From a virus (Duplodnaviria; Caudoviricetes), in IMG/VR virus record IMGVR_UViG_3300033273_000677, positions 711 to 64,710 of that record: a DNA stretch of 64,000 bases; one strand, written 5' to 3'. The notes below the pieces were generated by a model. The model saw only the letters and a program-made list of their open reading frames with translations. It did not search any database and was not told where the DNA came from. Both the position numbers and the translations under genes were made by a program. Positions 26,939 through 33,309 of this stretch are shown here, in pieces (within the stretch, counting starts at the first letter, position 1; each line of letters opens with the position of its first letter).

Positions 26939-27181
26939 ACGAGATTCATCTGCACGAGACCCATGTACGAAACCGACTACGAGTTTACATACGAGTATAA
27001 CAACGAGTCTTATACATATGATCTCGACGAGATGTGCGAGTATGCAATGCGAGATACACATACACAATATAACATGTATGATGCATACGAGATGGATGAT
27101 GAGTACGCACGAGATTCATGTGATTATAACGAGCTTGCATATAGGCATTATGCATGATATAATACGCACACATCGCACGAG
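26939..27181 (+). repeat. ACGAG pentamer array (iteron-like)
   Basis: 10 ACGAG plus 2 GCGAG and 1 ACGAA in ~245 bp. Confidence 0.75.
26963..27157 (+). CDS. Tyr/Glu/Asp-rich 64-aa protein
   Basis: ORF overlying the ACGAG array. Confidence 0.5.
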   Translation: MYETDYEFTYEYNNESYTYDLDEMCEYAMRDTHTQYNMYDAYEMDDEYARDSCDYNELAYRHYA

Positions 27182-27187
27182 ATTCAC

Positions 27188-27340
27188 ATGTACGCACACA
27201 AACGCATTGTAAGTGTTACACTAGACATCGAATGTTATGATGACTTGGAGTTGGAAGATCTAGACTGGCGAGAAGTACTAGATCTTCAAGGTGATGAGAA
27301 AGTTGATGTTAGCATTCGTGAGACTGCTGATATCTTCTAG
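27188..27340 (+). CDS. 50-aa acidic hypothetical protein
   Basis: Manually read MYAHKRIVSVTLDIECYDD...; TTGCAT-17-TATAAT at 27135-27163. Confidence 0.6.
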   Translation: MYAHKRIVSVTLDIECYDDLELEDLDWREVLDLQGDEKVDVSIRETADIF

Positions 27341-27378
27341 TGTGCAGTTCCACGATTGGAACACTCTGAATATTCTTT

Positions 27379-27436
27379 TGTGACAGTCGTGGAACTGCAC
27401 ACTATTTCCCCACAAGGGCAAGATTTCGTGTATTGT
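27379..27436 (+). promoter_or_regulatory. Palindrome-type early promoter (TATTGT class)
   Basis: TGTGACAG-tcgtggaa-CTGCACAC, 28 nt, TATTGT. Confidence 0.7.
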
Positions 27437-27459
27437 ATCAACAGTTCAAAAAAGTTCCC

Positions 27460-27738
27460 TTGAATTACACACTCAAGCAATTGCAAGACAAACTGAACAG
27501 AATGATCGCAGATCAGGGTGAAGATGCACAAGTTGCTGCATGGATTTACAGCAAAGAAGACATTTATCGGGTCGATGAAGACGGAGAATTTGATTACTTT
27601 GCACTCGACAATCCTGAACTGGTTGAACGTGTCTTCGATGATGTTGGCAACATTGATTACATCTATCAAGTCATTCAAGAATGTGTAGATGAAGTTGCAG
27701 AAGAGCAGTTTATGTTACAACAACAGGAGTTAGTGTAA
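27460..27738 (+). CDS. Acidic hypothetical protein (TTG start likely)
   Basis: First plausible start downstream of the promoter. Confidence 0.6.
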   Translation: MNYTLKQLQDKLNRMIADQGEDAQVAAWIYSKEDIYRVDEDGEFDYFALDNPELVERVFDDVGNIDYIYQVIQECVDEVAEEQFMLQQQELV

Positions 27739-27744
27739 ACAATA

Positions 27745-27802
27745 TGTGCCACATGTTCTAGTGGCACAAACATTTACCATTGGCACGAATTTCGTGTATT
27801 GT
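27745..27802 (+). promoter_or_regulatory. Palindrome-type early promoter (perfect arms)
   Basis: TGTGCCAC-atgttcta-GTGGCACA, 28 nt, TATTGT. Confidence 0.75.
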
Positions 27803-27825
27803 ATTCACAGTTGAGAAATTCACTC

Positions 27826-27960
27826 ATGTTTGACGAACTTTGGTCTGAGATTGCTGATGCTCCCGGTGAGATCTTCGATGTGATCGAATACAAGGAAGAA
27901 TGGGAGAAGGAAGAGAAATTTGACGTAGAAAGTTACATCAACGGAAACACCGATTATTGA
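27826..27960 (+). CDS. 44-aa acidic protein
   Basis: Manually read MFDELWSEIADAPGEIFD... Confidence 0.6.
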   Translation: MFDELWSEIADAPGEIFDVIEYKEEWEKEEKFDVESYINGNTDY

Positions 27961-27965
27961 GAACA

Positions 27966-28160
27966 ATGCAATTCCAAATCACTGACATTGAGTTTGATTT
28001 CACTGATTCTTTTGATGTTGAAAACTATGATCAGGATGTAATTGATGAAGTTAAGGCAACAGTTTGGGAAGCAAATGATGAAGATGATTTAATCGAAGAG
28101 ATTACATCTGCATCAGGTTGGTGTATTAAATCCATCGACTATCTTCACGTCTTAAAGTAA
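27966..28160 (+). CDS. Small acidic protein
   Basis: MQFQITDIEFDF...GWCIKSIDY. Confidence 0.65.
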   Translation: MQFQITDIEFDFTDSFDVENYDQDVIDEVKATVWEANDEDDLIEEITSASGWCIKSIDYLHVLK

Positions 28161-28195
28161 TGTCTTTCCTCTCAACCTTCGATCACACAAACCCC

Positions 28196-28396
28196 ATGAC
28201 TGACAACATCATCGACCGGGACAATCTGCAGGATGCTTATATTAATGAAATTATTGACGGGATGGATATAAAAGATCTCATGCGTATTGTTTATGACAAC
28301 TTGGAGCAAAATCTAGAGCAATACAGTGTAGACGAACTTATTGAGGAAGTTGAAGAATACTACCCGCATTTGTTGGAGGAAAGTAACACTAACTGA
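28196..28396 (+). CDS. Small acidic protein (paralog of 21835-22011)
   Basis: Shared motifs; see findings. Confidence 0.65.
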   Translation: MTDNIIDRDNLQDAYINEIIDGMDIKDLMRIVYDNLEQNLEQYSVDELIEEVEEYYPHLLEESNTN

Positions 28397-28407
28397 GTCG
28401 GCCGCGG

Positions 28408-28465
28408 GTGGACGGTTGCACAACCTACACACAAAATAGGCACAGGGGTCAAAATCGTGTATTGT
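28408..28465 (+). promoter_or_regulatory. Palindrome-type early promoter (TATTGT class)
   Basis: GTGGACGG-ttgcacaa-CCTACACA, 28 nt, TATTGT. Confidence 0.65.
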
Positions 28466-28471
28466 ATACAC

Positions 28472-28645
28472 ATGACAAAAACACAGATGACTGACACACT
28501 TCAAGAACTCCAAGATTTCATGTTTGACACTATGTGTTCCGCAGAAATGGCAGTTGATTGGTACTGCGACCGTTTCGAAGTTAATGCTACCGATGAGGTG
28601 ATAGATTTTGTTCTTGATGCTCACGATGCTTTCTTCGGTAACTGA
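28472..28645 (+). CDS. Small acidic protein
   Basis: ATG 6 nt after the -10 box (or internal ATG 28487). Confidence 0.6.
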   Translation: MTKTQMTDTLQELQDFMFDTMCSAEMAVDWYCDRFEVNATDEVIDFVLDAHDAFFGN

Positions 28646-28650
28646 TAACA

Positions 28651-28851
28651 ATGCAAGAAATCAAGTTCAACATCTACGGTGAAATGTTTCACTCCAATGG
28701 TTACTCTAGGATGGATATCCTGAGTTACATTGCACCCACACAAGAGGAGGCAATTGCTAACTGTAAACGCAACAATCCTGGGTTTCATGTTATGTCATGT
28801 TGGATTGATGAAAGTGAACCTGAGGTTGTGAAATTGCAACCCCTTCGTTAA
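28651..28851 (+). CDS. Hypothetical phage protein
   Basis: 66-aa ORF. Confidence 0.6.
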   Translation: MQEIKFNIYGEMFHSNGYSRMDILSYIAPTQEEAIANCKRNNPGFHVMSCWIDESEPEVVKLQPLR

Positions 28852-28886
28852 CACTAACTCCTTCGTTCCTTCATTAACACTTTCTC

Positions 28887-29018
28887 ATGCGTATTGCACT
28901 TGCTGCCATTGTTGCCATTCTTGGTGCTAATCTTCTCATCGACCTGCTGGATTCTGACCTGGTAGATGTTATGAACGAACGTCGGGAAACCATAGAGAAA
29001 CAAATGGAACGGATGTGA
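28887..29018 (+). CDS. 43-aa protein with N-terminal hydrophobic helix
   Basis: Manually read MRIALAAIVAILGANLLIDLL... Confidence 0.55.
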   Translation: MRIALAAIVAILGANLLIDLLDSDLVDVMNERRETIEKQMERM

Positions 29019-29071
29019 CAGTCGGACAACCTGCACACTAAATGGGTACGACCCCCAAAATCGTGTATTGT
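29014..29071 (+). promoter_or_regulatory. Palindrome-type early promoter (TATTGT class)
   Basis: TGTGACAG-tcggacaa-CCTGCACA, 28 nt, TATTGT. Confidence 0.7.
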
Positions 29072-29127
29072 ATAGAAGTGGAGGGGAGACCACCCCACCG
29101 CAACCCTAGTCCTTTTTCTTCACTTTC

Positions 29128-29490
29128 ATGCGTAAGATTGAACAGCAGATGATTGCCGCAATCAAAGGTAACACTGACTGGAAATCTGCAAACACTGAGG
29201 TTATTCACACTTGCGACAATGTGAATTCTCCCGTGTCCCATGTATATCTGCACGGGAACAAAATTGCCGAGGTTGGTGATGACTTCCTCAAATTGTTTGA
29301 CGGTGGGTGGCAAACTACCACCACAAAATCCCGTCTAAATGCACTTCTCTCTGAGTTCGGTTACACTTGCGGAACTAAGCAAGAATTCATTTTTCAGAAA
29401 CAATTTGAGTGGTTCATTCAAATGTTTGACCTGACAGAAAATGCAATGCGGACTATTCCTTTCACCTCTGGAATGCGTCTTGCAGGATGA
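29128..29490 (+). CDS. Conserved hypothetical phage protein
   Basis: VYLHGNKIA...GGWQTTTTKSRLNAL motif seen in many phages. Confidence 0.75.
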   Translation: MRKIEQQMIAAIKGNTDWKSANTEVIHTCDNVNSPVSHVYLHGNKIAEVGDDFLKLFDGGWQTTTTKSRLNALLSEFGYTCGTKQEFIFQKQFEWFIQMFDLTENAMRTIPFTSGMRLAG

Positions 29491-29497
29491 CAACTCT

Positions 29498-29527
29498 GGG
29501 GGACTAATCTCCCCCTCAATTGTTTTC
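29498..29527 (+). terminator. Possible terminator / processing hairpin
   Basis: GGGGGA-CTAATC-TCCCCC followed by T-rich sequence. Confidence 0.45.
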
Positions 29528-29544
29528 ACTTTTCTTCTTCAATC

Positions 29545-30456
29545 ATGACCAAAATTCTTCACATCGAACACCCCGAAGATACCATCCTGACCGGTGACAC
29601 TTCGTTCCTGCAATCTATCAAAGGTAAGCAACATCTTTCCATGAAAATCGATGGTGCTCCTGCTATTGTTTGGGGTATCAATCCTGCGACTGGAAACTTC
29701 TTCGTTGGCACCAAATCTGTGTTCAACAAAGTGAAGATAAAGATCAACGAAACTCATGCGGACATTGATATTAACCACACCGGCATCGTTGCAACTATCC
29801 TCCACAATTGCTTTGACTATCTGCCACAAACCAACGGCATTTTTCAGGGTGATTTTATTGGTTTCGGTGGTTCCGACGAGTATACACCAAACACCATAAC
29901 TTACAAATTCCCTAACATCGTGCGTGAGGAAATCATCATTGCTCCACATACACTTTACACTGCAGAATCTGACCTGCGTGATGCTATCGCACGTCCCCTA
30001 GATTTCGTCATCACTGATACTCCCTACTGTAAGTTCGTTAAGAGTGATGCCTACATTTATTCCGGTTGGTATGATCGACTGGGTGAAGAGTTTGAGTTAT
30101 CTCCCGTCGTTAATATGATTGAGGAACTGATGCAAACTGTTTCCTTCGTTAGTGATAAGGAAGCAGCACAAATTAAGAAAAATGTTAATCGTTCTATTCG
30201 TGAGGGTTATGCACTCACCAACGACGATTTTCTGGGCAATGAGTTGCTCATGCGTCTCTACGGGTTGATGATAGTTTTGAAGGATGATTTGAAGGCACAG
30301 TGTCGTCAACTCAATGGTCCTGAAGCATACCTCAACGGTGAAAGAATCTCTGGTGAGGGTTATGTAATGCACAATGAGTTTGGAACATTCAAGTTGATCA
30401 ATCGTCGGTCCTTCAGTGTTGCTAACTTCAACAACAATAAGTTTGCAACAGTCTGA
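29545..30456 (+). CDS. Putative ATP-dependent ligase-fold nucleotidyltransferase
   Basis: KIDG (motif I), QGD (III), EGYV (IV), FKL (V). Confidence 0.55.
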   Translation: MTKILHIEHPEDTILTGDTSFLQSIKGKQHLSMKIDGAPAIVWGINPATGNFFVGTKSVFNKVKIKINETHADIDINHTGIVATILHNCFDYLPQTNGIFQGDFIGFGGSDEYTPNTITYKFPNIVREEIIIAPHTLYTAESDLRDAIARPLDFVITDTPYCKFVKSDAYIYSGWYDRLGEEFELSPVVNMIEELMQTVSFVSDKEAAQIKKNVNRSIREGYALTNDDFLGNELLMRLYGLMIVLKDDLKAQCRQLNGPEAYLNGERISGEGYVMHNEFGTFKLINRRSFSVANFNNNKFATV

Positions 30457-30622
30457 TAATCATTCGTTCGTGATAACAGCAGTTGGGGGGTATATGCCCC
30501 CCTTATGTGTTGCCCGCCGTGCCCCCCCGTATATAAAAACCCCCAACTTCCCTAAGCTATAAACGACCCAGATCGACCTCTCTATTTCTCTCTCATAAAA
30601 AAAATTTTTTCATATATAAAAA

Positions 30623-30820
30623 ATGGCACAAGGGTTCAAAGATATGCAAAAAAATCCGCAGGAAAATTTAACGACCATAGAGATCGATCCAGTATCAGGT
30701 GAGCATTATGTAACTATTCCTGAGTGGATTTGTGATGAGAAGGGGTGGTACGAGGGAGTAGAAGTAAACATTGAGGTTGAGAACGACTGTATTATTATTA
30801 GAGATATTGACTCTGTATAG
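30623..30820 (+). CDS. AbrB/MazE/SpoVT-like small DNA-binding protein
   Basis: YVTIPEWI...GWYEG-x-EVNIEV...IIIR swapped-hairpin pattern. Confidence 0.6.
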   Translation: MAQGFKDMQKNPQENLTTIEIDPVSGEHYVTIPEWICDEKGWYEGVEVNIEVENDCIIIRDIDSV

Positions 30821-30835
30821 ATAGAGTGTTATGAT
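30807..30835 (+). promoter_or_regulatory. sigma70-type promoter
   Basis: TTGACT-17 nt-TATGAT. Confidence 0.65.
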
Positions 30836-30857
30836 ACTGAAGTAACGTTACTGAATT

Positions 30858-31616
30858 ATGGCTAAAGGATTTACAGTAAAAGCAAAGGCACCCAAAAAGT
30901 CTGAGAGCACTCAAGAGTGGGACTATGATAAAGCAAAGCAAATGATCAGAGGCAAGACTGTGGTCTTTTGCCTACCCGGTAGAGGAGTTTCTTATACGTA
31001 TCTCAAAAACTTTGTACAACTTTGTTTTGATTTAGTACAGGCAGGAGCAAGCATCCAGATCTCGCAAGATTATTCATCAATGGTGAATTTTGCAAGATGC
31101 AAGTGTTTAGGTGCGAATGTACTGCGAGGACCGGATCAGATTCCTTGGGACGGCAAGTTGAAGTATGATTATCAATTGTGGATTGATAGTGATATTGTTT
31201 TTAATACTGAGAAATTCTGGCAACTGATTCTACTGGACAAGGATATTGCCAGTGGATGGTACATGACTGAAGACGGACGTACTACAAGTGTAGCCCACTG
31301 GATGGAAGAAGATGATTTTCGTAATAATGGTGGAGTCATGAATCATGAAACGGCAGAAACAATGCCAAAACGTAAGAAACCATTTACTGTAGACTATGCA
31401 GGATTTGGGTGGTTATTGATCAAGCACGGAGTCTTTGAACATCCTGAGATGAAGTACCCATGGTTTGCACCAAAGATGCAAGTCTTTGAGTCTGGAGAGG
31501 TACAGGATATGTGTGGAGAGGATGTAAGTTTCTGCCTTGATGCAAAAGAAGCAGGATTTGAAATTTGGTGCGATCCTCGTATTAGAGTTGGTCACGAGAA
31601 GACAAGGGTTATCTAA
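30858..31616 (+). CDS. GT-A-fold glycosyltransferase-like protein
   Basis: WIDSDI (DxD), AGFGWLLI, GEDVSFC, VGHEK. Confidence 0.7.
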   Translation: MAKGFTVKAKAPKKSESTQEWDYDKAKQMIRGKTVVFCLPGRGVSYTYLKNFVQLCFDLVQAGASIQISQDYSSMVNFARCKCLGANVLRGPDQIPWDGKLKYDYQLWIDSDIVFNTEKFWQLILLDKDIASGWYMTEDGRTTSVAHWMEEDDFRNNGGVMNHETAETMPKRKKPFTVDYAGFGWLLIKHGVFEHPEMKYPWFAPKMQVFESGEVQDMCGEDVSFCLDAKEAGFEIWCDPRIRVGHEKTRVI

Positions 31617-31780
31617 TGAAAAAACAGGCAGAATATACAATTCTCCATAGAGGCAAGATATTACATAAAAATTTGACAGAAGAAGAATATTTTGATATTA
31701 TGGAGGACCTTTCGGTAGAGTACTATCAGAAGGGTTCTCCAAGACCACAAGATCTTGAAACAAAAATCACACAGTATTAG
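31616..31780 (+). CDS. 54-aa hypothetical protein
   Basis: TAATG coupling; manually read. Confidence 0.6.
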   Translation: MKKQAEYTILHRGKILHKNLTEEEYFDIMEDLSVEYYQKGSPRPQDLETKITQY

Positions 31781-31788
31781 GGAGTATC

Positions 31789-31938
31789 ATGGCAGTTCGT
31801 TCAAAAGTTGGTTTAGTCAAAGACGGTTTTATGCCCGGTAAACCGAAAAAAACTCGTCAAGGAGATGGTAAGAATACGAAGTATGCGGCAACGTCGCGTA
31901 ACTCGGCTCGCAAGAGGTATCGGGGACAAGGACGTTAA
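31789..31938 (+). CDS. 49-aa basic protein (PKKTRQG...RKRYRGQGR)
   Basis: GGAG RBS; manually read. Confidence 0.65.
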   Translation: MAVRSKVGLVKDGFMPGKPKKTRQGDGKNTKYAATSRNSARKRYRGQGR

Positions 31939-31965
31939 TATATACATTAACTAATATTACGTCAT

Positions 31966-32643
31966 ATGGCATGTTTGATCGCAAATCTTCCTTCAATGGA
32001 AGTATGGGTTCGTAAAGAATATCTAACAGATCATCAAAGTGGACATGGTGAATTTGTAAAGGGCGTCTGGGTTTCGGTCAAATCGATTCCTGGACGTGCT
32101 TTTTATTTTGAGACGTATTTACCAGAGTATGCGGCAATGTACGATAAATTGCCCATCAGTGCCTTTGTATCAGACCCTGAGACCCCTTCACCAGACATGA
32201 GTCTACCAAACCTACAATTCTGGAATTGCATGGACTACGGAGTCGTCTCAGTGGACAAAAAGTTTATTGGTTCCATGGACTTTGAGTGTTATACAAGGGA
32301 TCATGGTATTGTAAAAGGTACTTATGTCTGTACAATTGATAATTATCACCATGATCCAGACTATGTTGACTATGCCACAAGTGAAAATCCTGCCGAACAC
32401 AAGTCACATAACCTGATTGAACTTGAAAATGGTCAATATGCACTGTATCCAAATAATAGATTACGTATTTTTGACAATAGTTTGACACCTGTTGACCCTA
32501 AAATGCCTGATTTTAAGGTTTCGACGCAATATTATCAAGTTGAGAATGGTCATGATCGACTTGGTATGGGTCGTGAGGACGAATATTTTTGGAAAACGGC
32601 AAAAGAACGTGAAAATGTACCTAAAGAAGGTGAAAATAAATAA
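31966..32643 (+). CDS. Conserved hypothetical cyanophage protein
   Basis: 225-aa ORF with HKSHN and YPNNR motifs. Confidence 0.75.
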   Translation: MACLIANLPSMEVWVRKEYLTDHQSGHGEFVKGVWVSVKSIPGRAFYFETYLPEYAAMYDKLPISAFVSDPETPSPDMSLPNLQFWNCMDYGVVSVDKKFIGSMDFECYTRDHGIVKGTYVCTIDNYHHDPDYVDYATSENPAEHKSHNLIELENGQYALYPNNRLRIFDNSLTPVDPKMPDFKVSTQYYQVENGHDRLGMGREDEYFWKTAKERENVPKEGENK

Positions 32644-32697
32644 AAAATAGGGATAGCAACCCCTCAAAAAGTTCTGTTTTTCCAAAACAGGAGTAAA

Positions 32698-32874
32698 ATG
32701 GCAAATTCACCTGTCGATAGAGACAAAAATTACATGAGAGAAGTATGGGGAACAACAAGTCTAACGTCAGATTATTGGTCACTGCCACGTAAAACAGAAG
32801 ATCCCGAAGAAAGAGTAATTCAAGAGATTATGCATGACGATCTGAAATCAGGACAGAAGAATCTTCAAGAATAA
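32698..32874 (+). CDS. 58-aa hypothetical protein
   Basis: AGGAG RBS; manually read. Confidence 0.6.
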   Translation: MANSPVDRDKNYMREVWGTTSLTSDYWSLPRKTEDPEERVIQEIMHDDLKSGQKNLQE

Positions 32875-32876
32875 GG

Positions 32877-32884
32877 TATAAATA
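32877..32884 (+). promoter_or_regulatory. T4-type late promoter
   Basis: TATAAATA upstream of gp25. Confidence 0.75.
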
Positions 32885-32906
32885 AAATTACGAAAACTCT
32901 TAAAAA

Positions 32907-33308
32907 ATGGCAAATCAGAGGATATCGCGGGCATTTAAGGACATTAGTTTGTCTTTTGAGCCCCATCCTGTGACAAAAGACTTACAAGTACTTAAAAATG
33001 AGAACGCAATTCGTCGTTCTGTGAGAAATATTGTTGAAACTATCCCAACAGAGAGATTTTTTAACTCTTTGTTGGGTTCTGATGTAAGAAGAAGCCTATT
33101 TGAATTCGTCGATTTTGGTACAGCATCTGTAATTCAGGATCAAATACAAATTGCAGTCGAAAACTTTGAAGAAAGAGTGGAAAATTTGGTTGTTGAAGTA
33201 GATCCAATACCAGATGATAACACTTTTAATGTAACGGTTATATTTGATATTATTGGTCAAGAGTTTCCAACACAAGAATATTCATTCCTCTTAGAGGCAA
33301 CAAGATAA
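32907..33308 (+). CDS. gp25: Baseplate wedge subunit gp25
   Basis: FKDISLSF...AIRRSVRNIV...ERFF...FEERV motifs. Confidence 0.88.
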   Translation: MANQRISRAFKDISLSFEPHPVTKDLQVLKNENAIRRSVRNIVETIPTERFFNSLLGSDVRRSLFEFVDFGTASVIQDQIQIAVENFEERVENLVVEVDPIPDDNTFNVTVIFDIIGQEFPTQEYSFLLEATR

Positions 33309-33309
33309 A

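Noticed and set aside
18028-29071. Palindromic repeats as a CRISPR array
   Set aside because: Spacing is hundreds to thousands of bp with whole genes between copies; copies are degenerate; no cas genes
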